Virus record (IMG/VR): IMGVR_UViG_3300033153_012481
Coordinates: 1 to 34,568 of that record
Direction: 5' to 3' (one strand)
Source: a virus
Taxonomy: Duplodnaviria > Caudoviricetes
Length of the DNA: 34,568 nt
The notes below the pieces were generated by a model. It was not told the origin of the DNA and ran no database searches. It saw only the letters and a program-made list of their open reading frames with translations. Below are positions 1 to 8,993 of the stretch, one piece after another. Each line of letters opens with the position of its first letter. Within the stretch, counting starts at the first letter, position 1. The position numbers and the translations under genes were made by a program.

Positions 1-517
1 TCAGGTCATCCAGCGCAGAGCGTGTCTTAGGATCAATGAAGTTGAACCCAGCCTGCTCAAGGTTTGAGATATCTGTAAGAACTGTAGGAATAAGGGCTGT
101 GTTGAACTGACCTGTCTCAAGTGTCACTCGCTCTATCTTTGATAAGCGCTCATAGATAGCCAAAAGCTTACATTTATTCTGAAACAGCTTCTTCGCTGAC
201 CTAATGAATAGTCTTTCCTGGTCCTCCATGAGTTCCAGTCTAGAGTTTTCAATAAGAGAAGAGAACATTCTCTTCTTAATTATAAGGGTAACCTCAGGTT
301 CCTGAAAGAGAACCTCACGCTGTCTAGGTCTAATGTTGTTGATTAGGCCATCTTCGATGTATGTTCTTTCAGCTGTTTGGTCGAATTTGTTCGCAAAATC
401 GCCTAGAAGACCAAAGTTCTGAACTCGGTCCCCATTTGCATCCAATGATGATACTGAGTTTTCACCAAAAGAATACTGTTCATTAATTACATTTCCAAGA
501 TCTGACAGGAAAGCCAT
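1..517 (-). CDS. Putative baseplate/tail protein, N-terminal part (runs off the window)
   Basis: Not in the ORF track. ATG at 517 after AAAGGGTAAGA; open frame MAFLSDLGNVINEQYSFGEN...TRSALDDL to the window edge; follows the tube-initiator gene. Confidence 0.7.
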   Translation of the reverse strand, partial: MAFLSDLGNVINEQYSFGENSVSSLDANGDRVQNFGLLGDFANKFDQTAERTYIEDGLINNIRPRQREVLFQEPEVTLIIKKRMFSSLIENSRLELMEDQERLFIRSAKKLFQNKCKLLAIYERLSKIERVTLETGQFNTALIPTVLTDISNLEQAGFNFIDPKTRSALDDL

Positions 518-532
518 TCTTACCCTTTATTC

Positions 533-1462
533 TTAAATACCTGTTGTATTTATGCCTACATCACCAATATATCCATTCGCAGACAAAAGCCTATCATTAG
601 CTGATGTTGTTCTCTCAACCACTTGCCTATTAGGTTCAAATGTCTGACCCGGAGCCAAATCCGAGTAAGAGTAGGAAGTTCCAAGCGTTGGGTCGGAGTT
701 TGATGGACCAGATGTTGGTGAACGATGCCAAGGGAAGAAGTTTGTCCTGAACCCTCTCTTTTGTGTTGCAATAAATGTCATCGCATAGTCAAACAGACCA
801 ATGTTCTGAGAAGACTCTGTTAGGTTGAAGTCTTTGAAGTAACCTCTGTACGTCCAACCTGACCAATACATCTCAACTGAGAATGCAAGAGATGCAAGTG
901 TTGGCCTAGGGCGTGTTGGGTTAACTGAGCCTGACTCAAGAGAGTTCACAACCTGATCTGCAAATGAATCTCCAATACCTGATGCAAAACCACCCAAGGC
1001 ATCTCCAATTGACTGAGGAGCGTTTCCAAGAAGTGATGTGCTGTCCTGAGCTGAGTCAAGTGACGCAGCAAAAGCTAGAGCAAAAGGATCGAATGCGACC
1101 TGCTCTGCCCTATAGATATCGTAAAGAACATTGATGCCTTCAATTCCTGAAGAGCCTGTTGTACCGGAGATAGAAAGAACAGTCTTCTCTTCACCCCAGT
1201 ACTGCATCACATATCCACCCTTTGTTCTGGTGTCCGATATGATTTTTGAATCTTTGTACTGGATATTCTGAGGGTTGATGTACATATCAACAATTCCAGT
1301 CTCCGGAACGAACCAACTCACCATATTTCTGGTATGAGTAGCAATCCTATTAGCAGGGACCTTATTCTGTCTAGATCCATCTCCTGATGAGGTCGGTGGC
1401 TTCCTATTACGAGATAGTGCATCCGTAATTGCGCCTGTTGCATTTAATGGTTGAATTGGCAT
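533..1462 (-). CDS. Tail tube initiator / baseplate tube-like protein (T4 gp48/gp54-like position)
   Basis: Directly after tape measure; tube-like beta pattern MYINPQNIQY..TRTKGGYVMQYWGEE..ISGTTG..YRGYFKDFNLTES..FDYAMTF. Confidence 0.6.
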   Translation of the reverse strand: MPIQPLNATGAITDALSRNRKPPTSSGDGSRQNKVPANRIATHTRNMVSWFVPETGIVDMYINPQNIQYKDSKIISDTRTKGGYVMQYWGEEKTVLSISGTTGSSGIEGINVLYDIYRAEQVAFDPFALAFAASLDSAQDSTSLLGNAPQSIGDALGGFASGIGDSFADQVVNSLESGSVNPTRPRPTLASLAFSVEMYWSGWTYRGYFKDFNLTESSQNIGLFDYAMTFIATQKRGFRTNFFPWHRSPTSGPSNSDPTLGTSYSYSDLAPGQTFEPNRQVVERTTSANDRLLSANGYIGDVGINTTGI

Positions 1463-1468
1463 AATATA

Positions 1469-1480
1469 ATGTGTTTTTAT
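1469..1480 (-). promoter_or_regulatory. Phage promoter motif ATA-N5-RYAT (leaderless type)
   Basis: ATA-AAAAC-ACAT, 6 nt before the ATG at 1462; no SD. Confidence 0.65.
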
Positions 1481-1492
1481 TGGTTTAGACTA

Positions 1493-3571
1493 TTAAGAAC
1501 CAGAGACCATGCCCCCAGGCTCCCTTTCAGATCTGGCCTTTTCTTTCCTGGATAAATCTTCTAGAGTTGTTGCGAAATCTCTTCTTACGATGATGTTTCT
1601 TTCCTCATCAGTAAGAACAACCTCCATCTCTATCTTGCCACCAAGCATCTGCTGCTGACTTTGGCCACTCATCGCTGAGCCAGCTCCATCAGTCCTTGCA
1701 ATAGCTCTCTGCATTTCATTTCCTCCAGAGGAAACCATATCCATGCCAGACCTTACAACCCCGCCAATAGTTCTTTTAACTTTATCAGCAGCACCACCAA
1801 CTTCACGCATTCCTCTACCCATTGTTTGAACAAGAGCTGTTTCTGGTACAACTTGCTCAAGTGCTCCGGTTCTGATGTCACCAGCAGTGCTAATGCCTGT
1901 ATTTGTTCCGTCCACAGATGTAACGTTACCACCCATGCGGGTCATCCTTGCAACATCTTCTTGATTGAAATTTCTCTCTACAAAGTTCGCTGCAGCTATT
2001 GAGTTAGCTCTTGTAAGAGCACCCTGTTGATTAGCCATCAGCAACAGCGTGGTATTCATTCTTGCTGATAGAGCATTGCCTGTCTCCAGTAACGCGCTCT
2101 GGTCTCTCTGAATCTCCTCCTGCCTTTGCTGTGGAGACTTCAAATCCTCTGCAAGCTTATCAAAGGCACCGTCCTTCATTGCCTGAAGAATCTTGGTAGC
2201 CTCTGTCATATTAGAAGCAACACCAAGCTTCTGAAGGAACTGAGTCTGCTTGTAAAGCTCCTGAGCCAGACCCTGATTGGTTGGATCGTTTTGAGTATCT
2301 TCAAGGGTAACAATCTCATCGATACCCATGTTCTGGAAAGCCTCACCAGCCTTAGAAAGAATCTGAGCAAGACCTTCTCCTGACTCATCCTGCTTGAGAG
2401 CCTCAATCTCCATAACGCCAGCAAGACCACCTGGACCACCAGACATCTGAGATATGAATGCAGCTTGGCCCTCATTCAATCCGGTCATGTTCTGCATTGT
2501 GCCAGAAAGAAGGTCACCAACGGCTCTTGCACCCATACCGTTATCCTTCATCACTTTACCAAGTGACTCCATAACGAGGATAGCTGACTTGGTTTTATCA
2601 CCAAGGATACCCATGCCTTGAGTCGCAGAGTCAATAAAGGAAAGCATGATATCTCTATTGATACCAACTTCCTTACCAACCCTATTCATCATAATAAGGT
2701 TATCATTGGTCTGCTCTATAGATGTACCCCAAGCAAACATCGCATCACGCTGTCTTTCAACAACCTTCATCTGATCCATGCCGAGGCCTCTGGCAAGCAT
2801 AACGCTCTGAACCATTCCGTCCATTCTTTCACCAGCACCATCAGACGCATCAGCGATAGCATTCAATGCTCCAGGCATTTGTCCATAAACGGCAAGCAAC
2901 TCTTGAACCTGCTCAGGTGCAAGTAGCGCCTTCTTACCAACCTCTTCAAGCCTCGTTGACATGCTAGCCATTGCTACGTTAAACTGATCCATATCAATAG
3001 CAGCAGATTCAACACCAGAACCAAGTTCACCCATGATTCCAGCAGTTGATGCGGACTCTTGAAGAAGAGAGTAGAAGCCCATCCTGGCCTGTTGTGCAGA
3101 CTCTCCAAGTCTCATAAGCTCCTGTACACCAGCAGGCATAGAGCTTATAAGGGTATTCATAGACTTATTTACATCAGTAGATGCACCTGAGCCAATTTTA
3201 CCAAACGTCTCAAAAGCAATCATGCCCTCAGTCATCTTAGGCATGAGAACAGTACCAATTACGGCTGCGGTTTCAGCAAGCCTTCCACTAGACTCTCTGT
3301 TAGCTTCAGAAGCTGCAGCTGCATATGTCTCTACGGACTTTTGTATACTGCCATAGGCGTCCTTAATTGTCCTTTCGGTAACGCCAGTCATGCCAATGAG
3401 CTTGCCAAGCTCAGACGCAGACCTAGATATGCTGTCAGCCATCTTATTAAAGATGTCTGTGGGTATCTTACCTCTCAAAGACTCCAGGGCATCGCCAGCA
3501 TCCATGCCCATATCTTTGAGCTTTTCCAGCATTTCCTGAGCTTTTTGTAGTGTAATAAGATCGTCAGCCAT
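1493..3571 (-). CDS. Tail tape measure protein
   Basis: 692 aa, A/G/M/Q-rich helical composition; follows sheath, tube and chaperone pair. Confidence 0.8.
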   Translation of the reverse strand: MADDLITLQKAQEMLEKLKDMGMDAGDALESLRGKIPTDIFNKMADSISRSASELGKLIGMTGVTERTIKDAYGSIQKSVETYAAAASEANRESSGRLAETAAVIGTVLMPKMTEGMIAFETFGKIGSGASTDVNKSMNTLISSMPAGVQELMRLGESAQQARMGFYSLLQESASTAGIMGELGSGVESAAIDMDQFNVAMASMSTRLEEVGKKALLAPEQVQELLAVYGQMPGALNAIADASDGAGERMDGMVQSVMLARGLGMDQMKVVERQRDAMFAWGTSIEQTNDNLIMMNRVGKEVGINRDIMLSFIDSATQGMGILGDKTKSAILVMESLGKVMKDNGMGARAVGDLLSGTMQNMTGLNEGQAAFISQMSGGPGGLAGVMEIEALKQDESGEGLAQILSKAGEAFQNMGIDEIVTLEDTQNDPTNQGLAQELYKQTQFLQKLGVASNMTEATKILQAMKDGAFDKLAEDLKSPQQRQEEIQRDQSALLETGNALSARMNTTLLLMANQQGALTRANSIAAANFVERNFNQEDVARMTRMGGNVTSVDGTNTGISTAGDIRTGALEQVVPETALVQTMGRGMREVGGAADKVKRTIGGVVRSGMDMVSSGGNEMQRAIARTDGAGSAMSGQSQQQMLGGKIEMEVVLTDEERNIIVRRDFATTLEDLSRKEKARSEREPGGMVSGS

Positions 3572-3926
3572 TTAGTAACCTGCGCCTGCGCCTGTGAGGG
3601 GCCTGTCCCCCTTCTTCTATGCGATCTAATGCAGTTGGAGCAGGTTGAGACTGTACATAATCCCAAGAACTTTCAAGCTCTTCATCAGAAAGCTGGTAGT
3701 CAGGACCCTTAGACATTTGCTTAGCCATTTCAGGATTATAGAATGCACCATTAAGAATCGCATGATCCTTAAGAATTTCTATTTGCACATTCTGCTTGTT
3801 AACCCAAGCATGAAATAGCCATAGCTTATCCATGGGCTCCATGTTCTCAAAGAAAGGATCCGATGGTGGCTTCTGAAAGGTCTCACACAGGTACAATAAG
3901 AACCTGTGGTCATCGTCCTTAACTAC
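3564..3926 (-). CDS. Tail assembly chaperone, T segment (probably made as a G-T frameshift fusion)
   Basis: No ATG start (track uses TTG 3896); frame stays open upstream across the G stop (VVKDDDHRFLLYLCETF); lies just before tape measure. Confidence 0.7.
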   Translation of the reverse strand, partial: VVKDDDHRFLLYLCETFQKPPSDPFFENMEPMDKLWLFHAWVNKQNVQIEILKDHAILNGAFYNPEMAKQMSKGPDYQLSDEELESSWDYVQSQPAPTALDRIEEGGQAPHRRRRRLLNG

Positions 3927-4716
3927 TTTTGGAGACCGCTTCAGCTACCTCTCTGATGGCCTCAGGTGACTCAAGCGAATACTTGGACCTTGACTCTTCG
4001 TCCAACTTTTCGAACTTAGAGAATAGATAAAGCGAAATGTTATCGTCCAGCTCTTTTACGAAAGACTCTCTTACAAGGAATCTCTCTTCTTCTGGATAGT
4101 TAACACATCCAAGAATGTAATCTAATGACTTACCTTCAACCCCAGAAATAGCGTAAGCCAGTACGGTATCTCTCATGCTGTGAAGGTTATCATGATTTCT
4201 ATTAGCAATAAACTTATCTAGAGCCTGAATGACGTGCCTTCTCTCTTTTGACTTTAAAGTAGTGAGAGTAAAAACAGTGGCTCCATGATCTGAATGAATG
4301 GGTACATCTACAGACTTCCTGCCAATACCAAGAAGAACCTCAACTGCCGATTTATCAACACGACCTTGAACATCACGTTCGGCTTGCATCTGTCCAAGCA
4401 CCTGCTGCCTGTGCGCCATAGCCTCTTCATAAGAACCATGGTGAACTGGCTGAGCTGTTTGCACAGGACGCTGCACAGGCTGCTGTGGTTCCTGTATAGG
4501 CTGCTGTGGAGGCAACTGTGATGCTGGTGGTGCTACTGGGTCCGTTGCATTGAATACAATTGGGCCTTGATTCGCTGGGGGCTGTGGTGCTCCCATTGAA
4601 CCCATTGAACCCATAGACGCAGGACGCCCCGCACCGCTCTCGTCTGGGACGGAGAAGTGTCGGGGCTGTGGACCGTTTACATTTGAACTTCCTAGTGGAG
4701 AATTTATCTTAGCCAA
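3919..4716 (-). CDS. Tail assembly chaperone, G segment, with P/Q-rich disordered N-terminus
   Basis: Between tube and tape measure; TTG start with GAGGT SD; FTLTTLKSKE..LAYAISGVEG..LFSKFEKL pattern. Confidence 0.7.
   Translation of the reverse strand: MAKINSPLGSSNVNGPQPRHFSVPDESGAGRPASMGSMGSMGAPQPPANQGPIVFNATDPVAPPASQLPPQQPIQEPQQPVQRPVQTAQPVHHGSYEEAMAHRQQVLGQMQAERDVQGRVDKSAVEVLLGIGRKSVDVPIHSDHGATVFTLTTLKSKERRHVIQALDKFIANRNHDNLHSMRDTVLAYAISGVEGKSLDYILGCVNYPEEERFLVRESFVKELDDNISLYLFSKFEKLDEESRSKYSLESPEAIREVAEAVSKSS
4592..4618. repeat. 9-bp tandem repeat x3 encoding SMG-SMG-SMG
   Basis: cccattgaa cccattgaa cccatagac. Confidence 0.7.
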
Positions 4717-4755
4717 TCTTACCTCTTACAATGAATTGCAGTATTGTACTAAGAT

Positions 4756-4763
4756 ATATATCA
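4756..4763 (-). promoter_or_regulatory. TGATATAT motif (extended -10-like promoter, second class)
   Basis: Same 8-mer in intergenic DNA at 22290-22297 and 26691-26698. Confidence 0.5.
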
Positions 4764-4783
4764 GGAATTTAGCTGATTTCTCC

Positions 4784-5410
4784 TTAAGCAGTCTCAATTG
4801 CGAGCAATAGACCAGCGCCGTCAATAGCGCCTCTGCGGTCTCCCTTATCAGCTGCCAACTCGAATGCGTTAACTGGGCCGATTGGAAGGTCTCTACCGCC
4901 TGCTGCTCCTGGAACTGCGTTATTAGAAGCTCCGAGAGTTGTGAAGATTGTCTCTGCTGTGAGGTTCATAGTCTCTGCGATTACGAAGTCCTGAGACTTG
5001 TATTCATATGAAATCTGATTAATCCAGCAGTTCTTGATGGTAGTCACAAGAGTAGAAGAAGGATCATCGCCAGCAAAGATATCCTTGATAACAACGTCGA
5101 ACGGGATACGCTGTGAGTGTGCATGAATGTAGCCACGGGAGAAAGCCGATGCAACTCTAAGGTTATCGAAACGAGTTCTAGTGCAGTTCAGAGTAATGTT
5201 CGTTGACTGGTTTGGAACCGAGTCAATGTGGCCATCAGTACCAACTTCATCGATGGTCTGAATGTTTCTCTGCTCCTGAACCTGAAGTGTCTGTATAGCG
5301 CCAACTGCATTACCATCAACTTCAACGATAATATTGGTGCTTACAGCCGTACCTGTACGATTTCTCCCCGACTCTGCCGTAGTAATACTGCCTGTATTTG
5401 GTGCTACCAT
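4784..5410 (-). CDS. Tail tube protein
   Basis: 208 aa immediately after sheath; IIVEVDGNAVGAIQTLQV..IDEVGT..ITLNCTR..IKNCWI..VIAETMNLTAE. Confidence 0.8.
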   Translation of the reverse strand: MVAPNTGSITTAESGRNRTGTAVSTNIIVEVDGNAVGAIQTLQVQEQRNIQTIDEVGTDGHIDSVPNQSTNITLNCTRTRFDNLRVASAFSRGYIHAHSQRIPFDVVIKDIFAGDDPSSTLVTTIKNCWINQISYEYKSQDFVIAETMNLTAETIFTTLGASNNAVPGAAGGRDLPIGPVNAFELAADKGDRRGAIDGAGLLLAIETA

Positions 5411-5460
5411 TGTTTAATCCTATATCCTGTTAATCCAATTTTATACAGTTTAATGCCTAT

Positions 5461-5484
5461 CTGGGGCCGCTCTCACGGCCCCAG
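5461..5484 (-). other. Strong RNA hairpin between sheath and tube genes (no U-tract on the sense strand)
   Basis: CTGGGGCCG-TGAGAG-CGGCCCCAG: 9-bp stem, GAGA (GNRA) loop closed by U-G. Confidence 0.7.
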
Positions 5485-5489
5485 CTTTA

Positions 5490-7958
5490 TTAGATGACTC
5501 CGATTCCGAGCCTAATGAAGATCCAGTTGACTGGGAACGTTGGCTGTACTGCTACTCTGATGTTCCACTGACGTGGCTCAACTGGGTCTCTTTCAACCGT
5601 TAGGTCCCTGAAGTCTGTGATTAGCCTTCTTGAAAGGAAGCTCTGCATCATTGCTGTTGCACGAGCAAAGAGTGTCTGCTGGAAGGTTGGAGTCTCTGCC
5701 TTGCCAATGAATGGGTCGAATGCAGTTCTCATATCCTTAGCAATCCTGTCTCTGATGAAGACAACTGACATTTCCTCTTCCTCTGGAAGAAGTGAGTCTG
5801 TTGTTGTTTTACCGAAGATAACAAGACCGCCACCAGAAAGTGGTCTAAGCATTGCAATACCAGCCGCTGTAACATTCTCCTCAATGATTGGGGAGAAGAG
5901 CTTGTCTCTGGTAAGAGTAAAGCCGCCAAGTGTCTTGTTTGTGAGTGGCTCCTGAATAAGGTCTCTACCACCGAACCAACCAGCTGCAGCTGCTGCCATG
6001 AAGAAGCCGTCTGCCTGAACTCTGTCAGCGCCAGTCTGAACGATTACCTCATCTGGGTAGAAGTAGAAGACACGGAAAGAATCTCCGTAGTTATTCTGAA
6101 CACCGTAATCTGTAAGGTCCTCAATATCTCCTGAAAGAATCTCAGAAACATCATCGCCCTGAATGCCCTCAAGAACACCGATGTCCTCAACAGCTGCAGG
6201 CTCTGTGCCGATAACATTCTCAGGTGTAAGGCCTCTGATTGCGCCAATCATAAGAACACGCTCACGCTTGTTCTTAATTCCGGACATGGTTTCAACGTGC
6301 GCCTTACCGTTGGAGAAGATTGCTGAGATTGTCTGAGATGGAAGTGGAACAACCATATCAACCTCAATTCTCTCCGCAGCGTCGTATGCTGAAATCCAGC
6401 CTACATCGAAGAAGTCTGCATCCCTTGTATCAACAAGCGTGCAGCGAAGTGACTCGCCAAGTGAAAGTGCAAGGTCATCTGTGAAGAGGATTCTTGAGCT
6501 TGATGCTGATGAATCTAGAACCTGGAACTCAGCACCAGTCTCTGCTGTGAATCCACCTGGGTCAGTGATTGTAACCAATCCGTTTGACACAGAGACAATT
6601 GCATATGTTCCATCATTACCAACACCAGAGTTCTCGATCCTTATTGAGCGTGTTGGAGATACATCATCAATACCGAACTGAACAGTCTGAGATGAAAGTG
6701 TTGCAGTGGTTGCTCCAGTTACAACAAGCTCACCGTCTGTACCAGACTTCTGAACAGAGTCGTCTTCAATTACTGTATAAGAGAAGTCATAAGCTGCACC
6801 GTAAACGAAGCCGAGTGGGTTCGATGTGATTGTTGGGTCGTAGAAAGCAACCTTGTTAGGAAGAATCTGTGACTCAACACCGGTAATTGGGTCTGTTACA
6901 AAGAAGTTGATGTTTGAATCAGCATCTGGAGTAACGCCAAGCGGAAGCTCGAATGTAAGCTCTTCAATATCGGACTCGCCGTTTGAAGACTCAACAAGCT
7001 GGTAAGACTCTCTGCGTGGAAGCGGTGGAGCACACTGAAGTGCAAACACACCAGGAGTTCCGTTCGCAAATGCAAGCTGAGCACCGAGAGACAGCCTATT
7101 GGAAAGAGATGGAGAACCATGTTTCGCAGTAAGCTGATTGATATCTGTAAAGAACTGAGGATCGTTTATGTCGATCTCAGGTATGTAGTTCGCTGTTAGA
7201 GATTCGCCAACTCTTAGAGAGCCGCCAGAAACCTCGAATACAAATGAGTCACCTTCAACGAATGCTGTTGAACCTTCAGAAATGGCGAACTGAAGAACAC
7301 CGTTGTTACGAGTCTGTCCATCTGACTGCCAAGTAATCTGATTACCATAACCATCAAGAACAACACCCGACACCGTTCCTCTAACTACGAACTGTGCATA
7401 TCCATCAATTGGATTTCCGTAGCCATCACGACGAACAGAGGTAACGCGAGCAGTCCAGGTTTCAGCAGGAGCATTCGGATCTAAAAGAGAAAGATTGGTT
7501 ACGGTTCCGTTTCCTGTATTAGCACCACCTGGACGGAAGAGTTCCCCACCCTGATCTACAAGAGCTGCTCTTTGAAGCTCAACGCAGTCAGACTGGATAT
7601 CAACTCTTGCATCATAACGTGAGTCAAAAGGATTGTCATCGATAGGAGACTCAAGAACTCTAAGCTCCACTCCATTCCTAAATAATCTTGTACGATTTGG
7701 AATAAGTGGACCGATAGCTTGCTGTCCACCTAGGATGAAGTGTCTACCGTCTGGAGTTCCTGTTAAAGTACAATCTGATCCGATGCCATCATTGCCGTTA
7801 CCAACAGCAAGGTTAACAATTACTTCTTCACGATTGCCTTCGCCCATCAACACAGCAGTACGTGCTCCAGATGGAACTGCAACACCAGTTGTTAATGATT
7901 CAGTTTGTGTGTATACGCCTGGTACGGCGTTTCCTGCACCTGGAAAGTTAGCTGCCAT
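5490..7958 (-). CDS. Tail sheath protein with large inserted surface domains
   Basis: N-terminal PGVYTQTES; C-terminal sheath domain EPLTNKTL..EMSVVFIRDRIAK..WNIRVAVQPTFPVNWIFI; GAGGA SD. Confidence 0.9.
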   Translation of the reverse strand: MAANFPGAGNAVPGVYTQTESLTTGVAVPSGARTAVLMGEGNREEVIVNLAVGNGNDGIGSDCTLTGTPDGRHFILGGQQAIGPLIPNRTRLFRNGVELRVLESPIDDNPFDSRYDARVDIQSDCVELQRAALVDQGGELFRPGGANTGNGTVTNLSLLDPNAPAETWTARVTSVRRDGYGNPIDGYAQFVVRGTVSGVVLDGYGNQITWQSDGQTRNNGVLQFAISEGSTAFVEGDSFVFEVSGGSLRVGESLTANYIPEIDINDPQFFTDINQLTAKHGSPSLSNRLSLGAQLAFANGTPGVFALQCAPPLPRRESYQLVESSNGESDIEELTFELPLGVTPDADSNINFFVTDPITGVESQILPNKVAFYDPTITSNPLGFVYGAAYDFSYTVIEDDSVQKSGTDGELVVTGATTATLSSQTVQFGIDDVSPTRSIRIENSGVGNDGTYAIVSVSNGLVTITDPGGFTAETGAEFQVLDSSASSSRILFTDDLALSLGESLRCTLVDTRDADFFDVGWISAYDAAERIEVDMVVPLPSQTISAIFSNGKAHVETMSGIKNKRERVLMIGAIRGLTPENVIGTEPAAVEDIGVLEGIQGDDVSEILSGDIEDLTDYGVQNNYGDSFRVFYFYPDEVIVQTGADRVQADGFFMAAAAAGWFGGRDLIQEPLTNKTLGGFTLTRDKLFSPIIEENVTAAGIAMLRPLSGGGLVIFGKTTTDSLLPEEEEMSVVFIRDRIAKDMRTAFDPFIGKAETPTFQQTLFARATAMMQSFLSRRLITDFRDLTVERDPVEPRQWNIRVAVQPTFPVNWIFIRLGIGVI

Positions 7959-8018
7959 TTAGTCCTCTTTTATTCAAAACCTTTAGAATGCTAATACGGG
8001 TTTTTATAACCTACACTT

Positions 8019-8030
8019 ATGTTTTCTTAT
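8019..8030 (-). promoter_or_regulatory. Phage promoter motif ATA-N5-RYAT
   Basis: ATA-AGAAA-ACAT upstream of the sheath gene. Confidence 0.6.
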
Positions 8031-8061
8031 GTATAGTTTACAATCCTATTTTTTAAGGGGC

Positions 8062-8856
8062 TTAGAGCCCTTCAAGCTCGTCAATGAGCTGAACTTGGGT
8101 ATTTATGGTCAAGTTTGGAGATATCACTGGTGGATTCACTCCTAAGTTGCCAAATTCTACGCAAATATTGATAGCGTCCAGCATGGACTCTACTGGTATT
8201 TCACGCCTCCATTCCATCCTGACCTCTAAGGAAATGGAGTTTTTATATAATGGCTCTTGCTGTCTATCCTGAGTTTCTGAGGGGCCTGATGAGCTAACAT
8301 TACGAATAGCCACGCCTGCCCTCAAAAGCTCCTCATATCTAATATCCTGAAGGAGCACCATTACAAAGTTTGTTAGTTCGTCTCTGGACTCAGAATCTCG
8401 TGCCCAGATATCAACAGAAACAGACCCCTCCCAAGCTCCTGCAAATACATAATGAGTAGGAGTTGTAAAGAGGCTTTCATTTCCATAACCGTCAATCACC
8501 TTTGTGACATCATACTTAACAGTTTCTTTATTTCGGTTTATGGAGATTGGTACATATTTAACCCCGCCCATTTTCACTAATAGAGCAGGATAGAAAATTA
8601 CGTCATGCCTGAATCTTTCGCCTATGAAGATTCTTGTCGTTTCATCATCATTGAAACCGGCATCAAGAGGTACATCTGTAAGGTCAGGTGTGTAAGGGAA
8701 TCCGTACTGATCGCTTACATAATGGTAGTAAGAGTCCTTTGCGAACTCGTCTCTCAGGATACCAATGATGATATCCTTCACAACATTGGTGTTCGTATTC
8801 TGAACAACGTTGTGAATCTGATTAAGATCAGATCTTGTGAAAGAGCCTGTAGTCAT
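8062..8856 (-). CDS. Tail terminator/completion protein
   Basis: Precedes sheath; YPALLVK..SVSVDIWARDSESRDELTNFV..YKNSISLEVRMEW pattern. Confidence 0.6.
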   Translation of the reverse strand: MTTGSFTRSDLNQIHNVVQNTNTNVVKDIIIGILRDEFAKDSYYHYVSDQYGFPYTPDLTDVPLDAGFNDDETTRIFIGERFRHDVIFYPALLVKMGGVKYVPISINRNKETVKYDVTKVIDGYGNESLFTTPTHYVFAGAWEGSVSVDIWARDSESRDELTNFVMVLLQDIRYEELLRAGVAIRNVSSSGPSETQDRQQEPLYKNSISLEVRMEWRREIPVESMLDAINICVEFGNLGVNPPVISPNLTINTQVQLIDELEGL

Positions 8857-8862
8857 ACAGGA

Positions 8863-8874
8863 ATGCCAAATTAT
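8863..8874 (-). promoter_or_regulatory. Phage promoter motif ATA-N5-RYAT (leaderless type)
   Basis: ATA-ATTTG-GCAT, 6 nt before the ATG at 8856; no SD. Confidence 0.65.
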
Positions 8875-8907
8875 CCGCTCCCAGATATAAACAGCCGAAC
8901 TTTTTTC

Positions 8908-8936
8908 TTGACTTTAGTTTAACTCCACGCTAGTAT
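8908..8936 (+). promoter_or_regulatory. sigma70-type promoter for the lipoprotein gene
   Basis: TTGACT-17 nt-TAGTAT, preceded by a T-run. Confidence 0.65.
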
Positions 8937-8993
8937 ACTATTATTCGCTTTCGGGAATTATCCCAGTTCATACAAGATTACAAGGACAATACA

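Noticed and set aside
8056-8072. Hairpin at the end of the tail terminator gene
   Set aside because: 5-bp stem, 3-nt loop, no U-tract; too weak to call
7347-8493. GYG as K+ channel filter or GFP-type chromophore; DGY as a DxDGDG calcium loop
   Set aside because: No channel helices or beta-barrel context; most DGY sites lack the preceding DxD
1-8856. Extracellular contractile injection system or tailocin
   Set aside because: Neck/adaptor genes, homing endonuclease, decoration array and phage-type promoters indicate a complete phage
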